Source: Podarcis pityusensis (Eukaryota). Taken from it: a stretch of 64,000 nucleotides of DNA. Under the pieces are notes generated by a model. It did no database searches. It saw only the letters and a list, made by a program, of their open reading frames with translations, and was not told the origin of the DNA. Below, one piece after another: positions 13,397-23,679 of this stretch. Position numbers and translations under genes: made by a program. Numbering within the stretch: the stretch's first letter is position 1; each line of letters opens with the position of its first letter. The DNA lies in assembly GCA_964106645.2 (NCBI GenBank), contig OZ067042.1; one strand, 5' to 3'.

Positions 13397-14596
13397 TCAA
13401 CAGCAGTTGAGCCAAAGCAGAGCACAGGCGGCAGGGAATGTAGAAGCATGCAAGCAACTGGCAAGCTATATTGTAGATTTCCAAATAAAAAAGATATATG
13501 TACATATAGGAAGAACACCAGAGCTCCCTGTGTCTGACAGCAGCTAGACAAAGATGAGAGTGCTTCTGAAAGGGAAGACAGCTAGCATTTTTTTGTTCTG
13601 AACATCTGCTTAGCATTACTTTTAAGGGTTTTCTAAAAAGATTAAAAACTGCACGACATTCATATTCTAATTGGTCCCAGCCTCTACAACCTTCCCCCTC
13701 CCATCACCAACAATACTATTGCATATAACCATTGAGCCCCATTGTGACAAAGGAGGGGCAGACACTGCAGTAGGGATTGGGAACCTGTGGCCCTCCAGGC
13801 ATTGTTGAACTCAGCTACCATCCTCCCTGACCATTGGCCATGCTGTCTTCGGCTGGTAGAAGCTGAAATGCAACAGCATCAGGAGGCTACAGGATTCTTG
13901 CTTGTTATGGATCTCATATAAGCTACCCTGGGTGCCTTTCTAACTAAAAGGCAGGATAAAAATGGTTTAAATAAATACAAAGTGATCCATAAAACTGCTC
14001 TAGTGCATTTTTGCTTTGAACAGTCCAACACAAGTGCATGCATGTACATTTAACAAAAACTTTCTGCAAGGCATTTCTAGTAGAAGTTGCCTGGCTTGCG
14101 GTTTAATTACATGGATAAGCCACTTCAAGGTGTTCGACTTATCATATGTACACTCAGACTTGCAAGAAATGGCTAGGGAAGGCCGGCAGTGGGTCCAGGT
14201 AGTAGAAAATGCTTATCATGTGAGGGAGTAGTACCTGCTGCCCTGAAGCAGTTAGGGGTGCAGCCCCTCAATTAGCCACCCATGAAACTAGCGATATACA
14301 ACTGCCACCCAGAGGCAAATACCCCCTTTTGGGGCAAGTTGCTCAAAATGGTGGTGAGTGTCCAGAAATGCTTGGAAAAAGTTATTTTTCTGGCTCCATT
14401 TCAATCTGGCTTTAGGGTTTGGCTTTGGCACTGAAGGAGCCTTAGCCATGTGACCTGTGCTGGGAGATGCAAAGAAGGAATGCAACCCTGTTAGTTCTCC
14501 TAGATCTCTCAGCAGCTTTTGATATCATTAACCACAGTATCCTCTTGGACTGGCTCTGTGGGTTGGGAGTTCGGAGCAGAAGCAATGTGTCTATCT

Positions 14597-14856
14597 CAGG
14601 GGTCAGCAACACGGGAGTAATTTAATTGGCCCACGAGCCGCCCCCCAACCAAGTCGCACGCTCGGCGAGTCCCTGTGCACTGCACTAAACCGATGCAGCG
14701 TGGCGCAGGGACTCACTTCTGCGGCACCCAAAATCGCGTCGATGAAGATGCCTGCCATTGTGGGCACGCGCGCTCATGCACATGCGCGATCTAGCCCATG
14801 GAGTGATCTCCGCTGGAGTGAACAGGCGAGGGCTGGGTAAACCTTGCCGACCCCTG
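14597..14856. mobile_element. CpG-rich non-autonomous hAT element (MITE), 260 bp
   Basis: TIRs CAGGGGTCAGCAA / TTGCCGACCCCTG with a perfect 8-bp TSD GTCTATCT at 14589-14596 and 14857-14864. Confidence 0.92.
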
Positions 14857-15544
14857 GTCTATCTGCAGGGCAGTGTTCAGAGACAGTAAGGGGCAAGGCT
14901 GCTCTTTGGTCCCATGAAAAATACGCTGTGGAGTTCTGCAGGGTTTCATATTGTCCCCTATGCTTAACACCATTATGAAGCCACTGGAGTGCCTCTCTTT
15001 GCATTGTTCTACCTAGGCTGCAGGATCTGCCAGGTAGGGACTTTTTGCCACTCCACCAGTGAGGGGAGCCCGAGATGCTTTATGTTAGGAAAGGGGCTTC
15101 TCTGTGAAATGCTCTTCCCCTGGAAGACATTGTTCAGTTTTTGGTGCGAGCAGAAAATCCTTCTTCCCCTAAAGACCACCTCTGTGTTATAAGAAGGAGA
15201 TGGAGCAATTCAGGTTGAGATCATTTTATTGAGTGATTTTATTGTATTTAAATCCCAAGAGTGCTTGCTATTAAGGGCAGGATATAAATTAACAAAATAA
15301 AGCAACTTCACATTTATTGATCTTCAAAACCAGGCTGCCTGGAAATCCTTCTCGTTTTATCTGTATCACTTCCACCAGTAACAGGGAATCCCACATGTTG
15401 TGTAGTTAAACCCACCTTGTATTAATCTTTGGGATGCCCCTTTCCTTCTGGAACTATGCCAAGGGGCGTATTGCTGCTCCCTCTCAACAAACATTACACA
15501 TTACCCTTTTAAATACAAATCCAGGGCACACCAGTGTTTTAAGC

Positions 15545-15655
15545 CTTGTGGCACCTTATCAACGGCAAAAGGTTTTCTAAGCTTTCATGGGCTCAGTCAA
15601 CTTTATCAAATGCACAGACCTGTGACTCCAAAGGAAGTGAGCTCTAGTCCATGGC
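15545..15655. mobile_element. Decayed Penelope-like pseudo-LTR pair with degenerate minimal hammerhead motifs
   Basis: CTTGTGGCACCTTA...TAAGCTTTCATGGGCTCAGTCAACTTTATCAAATGCA, then an inverted partial copy GGAAGTGAGCTCTAGTCCATG. This resembles, from recall, reptile Penelope/Neptune pLTRs (tctgatgaagtggac..gtccacgaaagcttatgc). Confidence 0.55.
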
Positions 15656-17954
15656 AGCCTTTTGCCTCTTTCTCATTTTAAAACCGAACCCTCATTTGCA
15701 TTGTTCTACACAGAATGAATCTGTCTTTGAGACTTTCGCTTGTTGTTCGCCTGTTGTAAGTTATCAGCTCCTCCCCTGTTCCGTCCCAGACCAATCAGAG
15801 GCTGCTTCCATTTGCCACGTAAACAGAACTGCCTCATTTATCATCTCCACGCCAGCAGAGACCAAACTGTTTCGAAATACTCACATCTGGCCTTCATGTG
15901 ATTGAATGGTGCTTCAGAACTGATCATATGGCACAAGAAAGCTCAAGGGAGGGGGGAGAGAGAAGCAAGGCAGGGGAAAAAGCTCAGTAATGCCCTACCC
16001 TTCTCCTGCTCCAAAAGCTATTTTTTTCTAGACTGTAACCTGAGCAGAGGTATCACACATGCTCCAAATAAACAAGGCATAAGTCTACATTTACACAATT
16101 GGGCTTCAAACAACATCACAAGTTAACTCTCCCTGGGAAACAGAGCCCAAAAACTATCGTCGTTGCATTTCATTTCCAGCATGATATACCTTGTGCTTAA
16201 TCCTCAAGAAAGAATCCTGATCTCATTTGAGACATTAGGAATCTACAGGATTATTTTGTTTTGTCTGGGCACTTTAGGTCCAGGGGGAAGCTTCTGACTT
16301 CAGGGAGTCCAGACAGATTGCACCCCCTACCCCCTTCCCATATGGTTGCTATATTAAGACAGCATGCATGGAGATCCGAAGGAGGTTATAATACTGCTAT
16401 TTTAGGGTCCAAAGCAGTGCAGCTGGCTTCTAAAGAGAGTCTGGATAACTTCATTGCCATCAATAACATTTACAGCTATGCAAGCAAGGAGGAAATGGCA
16501 GGAATTTGGGCAAGAGTTGAGTTCCTGCCAAAGATGGGGAGGGAGCTCTGGCTCCCAACCAGACAGTATCACTTAGCTGGTTAGATGCATTTGCAAGGGC
16601 TATAGAGTCCTGATGGAGAAGTATTGATCATTACTGCAAGAAAACCCAGGTTCTTAACTTATTTTTAAATAGGCACACATTTGCTTCCTTAAATCCAAAC
16701 AGCTGCAGTGAGACCTTATCATGTACTACATTGTTTCCCAAACTTCCAATAGCTGAAGCACACTTTTTCCAAATTAAACCTGGCATTGGCACACCTGAGT
16801 CCTTCAAGCTTGCATTTGGTGTGTAGGAAGGAACCCATTCCTTCAGTTTCTGCACACTCTGCTTGACACTCTTCTTCCAAGGGCAGGTAAATCTGCTGCA
16901 TCAGAAGCAGTGAAGGGTCCAATCTCCCTCATCTCAAATCATAAATAGCTCACTACTTGCAACTAGCATCTGTGAACACCCAATAAAAAGCTTGATTTTT
17001 TTATTCAAGAATTCCAACTTGGCTCACACCTCCTGCATAGTAATAAAAACAAACAGACCTGCTCTGGGAGAGGGGGAAAAAGTGAATGCCTGCTGATGCT
17101 TTTCTGAAAAATGCTTTTCCAAAAACTGATGTCCATTTTCAGGAGTGCACATTGCTGCCAGGCAATGTTTTAAAAACTTTATGCATTTCAAAACCAGCTC
17201 ATAGAGAACTGTGAATTGGGGAAATGCAATTATTTAACTCAATTGCTGATGCGGAGTGATGAAAAGATCGAAGCACACCTTAACCAGAGATGTGGCAGAA
17301 TTACCTCCCCACTCAAGCCAGAGCAGTGAATCATGCAAAGAGGCAGCCTCTTCTGTGAGTGGGTCCTTTCACAGGAAGCTTTAATTATTCAATATTATTT
17401 CTTAGATCACTTGTGGCACTGTGATTTATTGTGATAAGCACAAGCCTCAGATTTGTATGTCTGTCCCCCCCCCCCCAAACACCCTGGCTAGAAGGAAGAT
17501 TTCAAAAACCATTATTAAGCCATGGCTTCCTAAACCCAGGATTGTGGCTTTACACCAATGTAGTACCCTCTAGATGTTGAGGCCTGTAACTCCCATCATC
17601 CTTGACCATTGGCCATGCTGGGAGAGGGGGCTGGAGTCCGTAACATCGAGGGAGGCACCACACTGGGTACCCTGTTCTACAACAATATGGATAAAGAAGC
17701 CAGCTTCACATCTTGAAGCTGGCTCGTTTTGAGAACTGAGCATAGGTAGACTTTAAACAAAACACGAAACTCTTGCTTACTAAAAACCAAATAAAAAGCC
17801 CTCCTGACAGCCACATGAGGAGAGCACACAAGCCCAACACTCACTGCAGCTTGTGCATATCATGATAAAACCATGGCTTATCATGAGCATCACCAAATGG
17901 CCCTCAACATTTAACAGACCATACTGTTGTCCTAAGCTCCTGGTCTATGTAGAA

Positions 17955-18018
17955 ATAATAATTATTATTATTATTATTTATACTCCGCCCTCCCCAGCCA
18001 AGGCCGGGCTCAGAGTGA
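17955..18018 (-). mobile_element. L2-type 3' tail fragment with (TTA)n repeat
   Basis: (ATT)n run followed by TTTATACTCCGCCCTCCCCAGCC...GGGCTCAGAGTG; similar to the reverse complement of an L2 3' end. Confidence 0.5.
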
Positions 18019-18233
18019 CATGAGTTTGGGTGAAGGGTATTATCCAAACAAGTTTTCTATACTGCATAAGCACAAGAGATTGCAGCATTTCTTGTGAGTC
18101 TGGCGGGGGACGGGGGTTAAAATAGCCCAATGCAGATGTTCCATAAATATAAATATATCAACACTAGGAGAAAGGAGCTGCATCCACACAGCTGTTTATT
18201 CTCTCCCCTCGCCCCCAACATTTCCCTTACTGT

Positions 18234-18361
18234 CAGGGCTTTTTTCCAGCCAGAACTCAGTTCCCAGCACCTCTTCGGTGGGTGCCGTTGCCATTGTAAG
18301 AGAACAAGGGAGATGTTCATGGCGACTTGAGGCACCTCTTTTTCTAGAAAAAACAGCACTG
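18234..18361 (-). mobile_element. hAT-type MITE, same family as 9829-9943
   Basis: Termini CAGGGCTTTTTT...AAAAAACAGCACTG. The right end is the reverse complement of the 9829 left end. Flanks are CTTACTGT (18226-18233) and CTTACTGG (18362-18369), a 7/8 TSD match. Confidence 0.85.
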
Positions 18362-18377
18362 CTTACTGGAGCTTACT

Positions 18378-18476
18378 GGAGAGCCAGTGTGGTGTGGTGG
18401 TTAAGAGCGGTAGACTCGTAATCTGGTGAACTGGGTTCGCGTCTCCGCTCCTCCACATGCAGCTGCTGAGTGACCT
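18378..18476 (+). mobile_element. Squam3-type SINE, 5' (tRNA-derived) half
   Basis: GAGAGCCAGTGTGGTGTGGTGGTTAAGAGCGG...GGGTTCGCGTCTCCGCTCCTCCACATGCAGCTGCTGAGTGACCT, with A-box-like and B-box-like motifs. It resumes at about 19294. Confidence 0.9.
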
Positions 18477-19293
18477 GAGTGTGACAAAGCGTGTTCTCCC
18501 TAGCAGAGAGCACGTGCTGCGGTTGGGAACAGGCCACCCTCCAGTGACTAGGCAAATTTAGTTGAATCCCGACCATTTAAATGGTTAAACTGGGTTGCTG
18601 GGGTGTTTTGATTGTTGCCAATTCGGAGGAGGGGTCAGAGTCTATATATACAGGGGCCAGACGTTGGCACGGCCTCTTGGCCGTTTTGCATCGGATCACC
18701 CGCCCTCCCTCCCTTGTTTAAGGGGGGTATTGAAGGATTGCTTGACCTTGCTATGCCTGTCATGGGGTCGTTCGCCTTGGTGCGAGGGCCTGGTAGGAAT
18801 TTTGCCATCTGGCTGATTGGCTGGTGCCATTTGGTTTTTGCCTACTGCGTAGCAAATCGTCACAACTTGTAAGGTTGGCGGTTAGGCATTGGTTAAATTG
18901 GTGCTTGGAGGGGTAAGTGCCTACCCCTCCAAATGATGCGAATGGGAATTCCGTTAAAGGAAATCCAGGGGCTTGCCATTCTTTCGTCCTTGTCCCCGGA
19001 GTCGGACTTGGGCCGTGCAAGCCCCACAGGAACATGAGGGTGAGAAGTAATGGTCTGGTGCCCAGCTTTATTTCTCACCCAATACTTGTTTCCCACGCTG
19101 GCTTCCGCTGGTGTCCGGAAGGCCAGCTCTGTCCCTGAGGGCAAGGACAGATAGTCATAACCAATGCCTAAGCAACCACTCACATTTTTGTATTGAATAA
19201 AGTTGTGGCCAAAATTATGCCAAAAACCTTAAACAAAAATTGATGTGTAAAGTGTGAATTATTGGGGGGCTACTGTGACTCAACACGCAAAGA
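18477..19293 (+). mobile_element. LTR-like repeat with promoter, structured RNA domain and polyA signal; probable DIRS/Ngaro (tyrosine-recombinase) retroelement remnant
   Basis: ~815-bp GC/CpG-rich insert that splits a SINE, with no TSD. CCAAT at 18618-18622, TATATATA at 18643-18650, AATAAA(GTTGTGGCC) at 19196-19201, and many hairpins. The family assignment is inferred from the missing TSD and a recalled AATAAAG(T/C)TGTGGCC motif. Confidence 0.7.
18618..18650 (+). promoter_or_regulatory. CCAAT box + GGAGGGG + TATA box of the inserted element
   Basis: CCAATTCGGAGGAGGGGTCAGAGTCTATATATA; LTR-like order upstream of a polyA signal about 550 nt away. Confidence 0.6.
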
Positions 19294-19448
19294 AGTCACA
19301 CTTCTTTGAAATCTCTCAGCCCCACTCACCTCACAGAGTGTTTGTTGTGGGGGAGGAAGGGAAAGGAGAATGTTAGCCGCTTTGAGACTCCTTCGGGTAG
19401 TGATAAAGCGGGATATCAAATCCAAACTCCTCCTCCTCCTCTTCTTCT
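19294..19448 (+). mobile_element. Squam3-type SINE, 3' half with (CTC/CTT)n tail
   Basis: AGTCACACTTCTTTGAAATCTCTCAGCCCCACTCACCTCACAGAGTGTTTGTTGTGGGGGAGGAAGGG...GTTAGCCGCTTTGAGACTCCTTCGGGTAGTGATAAAGCGGGATATCAAATCCAAACTCC; continues the 5' half. Confidence 0.9.
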
Positions 19449-20049
19449 GCATTATATTTCAGCTTTCACACAACATAAAAGGGACTAATGGAGATCTAGC
19501 GGAATATAGTGTAAGTTTAGCACTTATTTTCATGTCAGCAGATTCCAGAAATAAATCTGTTTGAAGTACCATCATGCAGTTCTTTCTCTGCCATTTTCAT
19601 GGATGAATGATGGGGAATAGAAGTATGCATGTGTGGAAAGTGTGAGGAAGTAGCAACATTGTCCAATAAAGTTTGGTTTTTTGTCACACCACGCCCACTG
19701 GTGTGAATGAAATTTAGCACAACATGCTGGTAGATCGGTCAAAAGCCACAGTTCCATAACACAACAGATACTGCAGTGTGAAAAGAGCATTAAAAAAAGG
19801 AACACAAGCATCATAAGTCAGGAAAACTAACAATATTCCTCACATCGGAAAGCACCCTGAGTTTTTGAGCATTAGGCTGAACATTTGCATCCAAGAACTA
19901 GATCGGATGCACTGAAAACAATGTTCCAAGTAACTTTCCTTATGGGGGAAAAGCACAAAATAGCAACTTCAGGGGCTTGGGTCGATTATCGAGTGGAAAT
20001 TTAGGAAGTGTAAATACTGGCAATTCTCCTGCTGATGCCAGACAGTTAC

Positions 20050-20073
20050 CTTGTAGAAGTCATACCAGGCATA
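20050..20073 (-). CDS. Candidate 24-nt microexon of an unidentified minus-strand host gene (xMPGMTST[R/S] or YAWYDFYK)
   Basis: Minus strand: ...cttgctgtgtttggaattcctaattttacAG|TATGCCTGGTATGACTTCTACAAG|GTaact. Length is a multiple of 3, no other AG for ~130 nt upstream, and UGC motifs lie near the acceptor. Confidence 0.5.
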
Positions 20074-21179
20074 CTGTAAAATTAGGAATTCCAAACACAG
20101 CAAGCCAGACCAGAGCGAGTCACATAGCAAGGAAAATATTTCCAAAGAAAAGAGTTCCAGTAGGTGTGTCAAATGCCAAATCAATATCAAAAACACAAAA
20201 CCCATCCTCGTAAAAGTTCCGCAAGCAAGTCTAGTCACTTAAAAGAAAAGTGAAATCTAGATTTCTTGGCAAGATTCAGAAAACAATAAGCATCCATTTG
20301 TTTTATTTCTTAATCTGTCCTGGTGTTTTTCATGGGACTTCTTTATAGCGATGATCGCAGTGGTTTCAGTTTCGGGGGCAGGGGGGGATGCACTACCAGA
20401 CTGCAGCAAGAATGTTATATGCTGCTGGGTGGCAAATTCTATGTTTTTGTCCAGAAGCAAAACACATTATCATCATCATCATCATCATCAACTTTTCACC
20501 TTGAACTCTCAGGAAAGATAACAATTCAAAAATATAGTATTAAAATCAGTTAAAACAAATTAGTTAAGATAGAACTTATCCTATCAGGTGTCAAAGGAAA
20601 GGGTATTTTCTGCATTATTCTTCCAGCTACAAGTGATTGAACCACTGAGCACAAGGTGTAGTTCTAATAGCACTGCACCACCTCAAATACCTCATATTAA
20701 AGTATCTCTGAGTTACCATGTCCAGCCTACCTAGCCTTCTCCCAGTTCAAGGGTTAGTTCAGATTCTATGGTAGGACTCTGAATACTAGAAACTGTGACG
20801 GCTGTGGCAAGTGTACCATTGTATGCACATGTGTATGTTCTACCTTTCATACTCACAGCCCATGCCTCCATAGTGGCAAAGAGTTGTGCATGGCAGCCTG
20901 GCAGGGCTAATGCACTGAACATCCCGAATAATATGGGAGCACACATAGCTTCAAAGAGTGCCGTAACATCCCTTGCTGCAAGCCAAAATCTTGCACATTG
21001 GCAGAAATTAGGTACTATGTTAACATGTTACTTTTCTCTTAGAAAACCCCAATATTTTGCTACACCCCATGGCACCGACTTTTATGTAGCAAGAAGAGAC
21101 CAACAGGTAGGTCACACTAGCGAAACCACCATTTTCTTTCCTTTTTTGTTTAGGAGGAGGAGAAATCCCAAATGAGAAT

Positions 21180-21360
21180 GGACCATAACACATGGTTTGC
21201 ATACAGAAGGTCCCAGGTTCAATCCCTGACATCCTCAGTTAATAGAAACTAGTAACAGGAGATAAGAAACATCTTTACTGAGAACATGGAGGGCTGCTGC
21301 CGGTCAGAATATAGAATACTGAGCTAGATGGACAAATAGTTTGAGCTGGTACAAGGATCT
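21180..21360 (+). mobile_element. Squam2-like tRNA-derived SINE
   Basis: TTTGCATACAGAAGGTCCCAGGTTCAATCCCTGACATC (B-box GGTTCAATCC)...GCTGCTGCCGGTCAG...AATACTGAGCTAGATGGAC. Confidence 0.75.
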
Positions 21361-21772
21361 TATTCTGCAAGTTATGAGTTAAAGAAAGTTGAAAACTACT
21401 GTCCTATGGTCCCCATAACACATAGTGCATTGACATACTTAAACCAGAGACGTCACTAAGCTGCATATAGAAGATAGTGTGTCATGCTTCAAATTTAACA
21501 AGCAAGTATTTGCACACAATAGCTGCTGTATTTATGTCCATACACAATCTGATCTGGCAGGAGCCATGGGAATTACATCAGCTCTGCTCTTGGGGAATGT
21601 CTCCCCTGCTTCAGTGTACACCGAGATGGGTCCTCCAGAAAATACTTGTCAAATCAACATTAAGGGTGTGTGGATGGGAGCTGCAATCCATCTGGAGGGT
21701 TACAGATGCTCCATACCTGCCTTAGGGCAGGAGAGAGACATGCTAGATTACATCTCCCTGGTTCCACCTTGC

Positions 21773-21775
<3 letters not shown>

Positions 21776-21808
<33 letters not shown>
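21776..21808 (+). repeat. (TG)n microsatellite
   Basis: Directly visible. Confidence 0.95.
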
Positions 21809-21810
<2 letters not shown>

Positions 21811-22969
21811 GCTTCATTTTGTCTTCCTTTTGAAACATTTAGCTGAACATTTAGCTGGCGGGTAGCCAAAATGATGCCTTCCAGATGTTTTGGATGACAA
21901 CTTCCTTCAGGCCCAGCCAGCACAACCGATGGTCAGGGATGATGGGAGCTGTAGCCCACAACACCTGAAGGCACCACATTGGCATCCCAGAACTAGCCAA
22001 ATGAAACCAGGTAAGAGAGAAGGACAAGACTATTATAGCTTTGAAAGGTAATTTCAGTGGGTCGTTTTTAACCACCCACGCATGACAAATTGGAGCTGCC
22101 AAATTCTCTCTTCTACAATGTAATTCAAAGTAGAGGACCTTTGTCCTTTGCACACAATCACCCTACTGAGCAAACATTAGAAGCAGGTCTCACACAATAA
22201 TCTATAATTATGAGATAGCTTCTGAGTACACACAGCTGTCCCCAACTGCGCCAATGTCAGCCTGAGAGCAAGAGAAAAGAAGAAACTGGTATTGAGCCGG
22301 TAACAGCAAGAGTAACCATTTTTGTTGGTTAAAGAATTATTAGATAACTTCTAGGTTCTTGTATTTACTAGGAAACAACTCTTGGCCACTAACTGTGGGA
22401 CAGGATGCTATCACTGCACAGTCACACAGAGTCACCATGCTACAAAGCTCCAGCACTAGAAATGCTCTGGGATTATGTCCAGAGCAGACTATGTTTCTAA
22501 AGCACAGATGGTATTTTGCAGAGGGCTTTTGTTTGGGGGGTGGAGGTGGAAGAGATAAATAATTGGCCTAATTTATGAGATGTCTGTACAGAACCATTAA
22601 TTTTAAGAGGATTTATAAAGACACTTTAAAAGTGAAATAAAAGAGTTGAAAATAACTTGAACTGTGCAATTAAATCCAACACATGCAGCTCACATGTGCG
22701 TATAGTTTGCATGGTTAGTAGCTGAAGCATTAACTCAGCACTGTACACTTATGTCATAGCCATCATAATTTCACATGAGAGAAAGGGAGGAATGCCACAT
22801 TTAATACAGTAACGGCTTTCTACAGTTTTATAAAGCACTTGTATTAAAAATAATTACTTTATAAAACATCTGCAGCCAGATCACAGTCAATTTTTAAACA
22901 ATGCTTTAAAGCTCAGTGAAAATTATCAATACTAGAACTGCAGAGTTTAATCAGTGTTTTACTCCAGTA

Positions 22970-23194
22970 CAGTGGTACCTTGGTTCTCGAACTTAATCCA
23001 TTCTGGGAGTCCGTTTGAAAACCATGGCATGGCTTCCAATTGGCTGCAGGAGCTTCCTGTACTCAAGCGAAAGCTGCGTCAGACATTCGGCTTCCGAAAA
23101 ATGTTCGCAAACTTGAACACTTACTTCCGGGTTTGCGGTGTTCAGAAGCCAATTTGCTCAACGACTAAGCCATTTGGGAACCAAGGTACCACTG
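22970..23194. mobile_element. Tc1/mariner (pogo/Tigger-like) MITE, family A
   Basis: TIRs CAGTGGTACCTTGGTTC / GAACCAAGGTACCACTG flanked by TA on both sides. Confidence 0.92.
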
Positions 23195-23679
23195 TACTCT
23201 AATTCTCATTTATCTGTGGGGTGGGGGTACAGAATCACCATCTTTAAAGTATGAATAGCAGAATGCTATGCCCCACCTCTGTTCTAGGAACGAAAGGGGC
23301 ACTATTATTCCAATGGTATGAGCTGAAAGCATTAACAGCTCATGTCCATTTTCTCTTTATGCCAACTTTTTGAAGGCGTGTTTTGAAGAAGCAGATCTAC
23401 AGAAGCAGGTCTGGCTTGTTCTGCTCTGGGTTTTCCCAGCCCTAAGAAGAGAAGGCGGCTTGCCAGAAGATATAGTGTTGTTCTCAAAGTGGAGTATATG
23501 GTCAAGGACTTGGGGCCAAAATAATTTGCCAGTCACAGTGGGAGAGCCTGTCCAAAATCCCATTTTGTTATAACTAGATGAAGCATAATTTGGTGGATTT
23601 TGTAAAAAAGGAGCAGGTAGTCTTTTCTTCAGAAAAAATAAAGCAAACCAGGAAGATTGAGAAATGACAAGGAAGCTGC

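Noticed and set aside
18982-19012. TTTCGTCC...GGACT looks like the reverse complement of a hammerhead stem II + GAAA
   Set aside because: The required CUGANGA (plus-strand TCNTCAG after GGAC) is absent, so it is not a hammerhead.
18595-19183. Several overlapping ORFs in the LTR-like insert
   Set aside because: They are short GC-driven ORFs on both strands with no gag, RT, RNase H or recombinase motifs.
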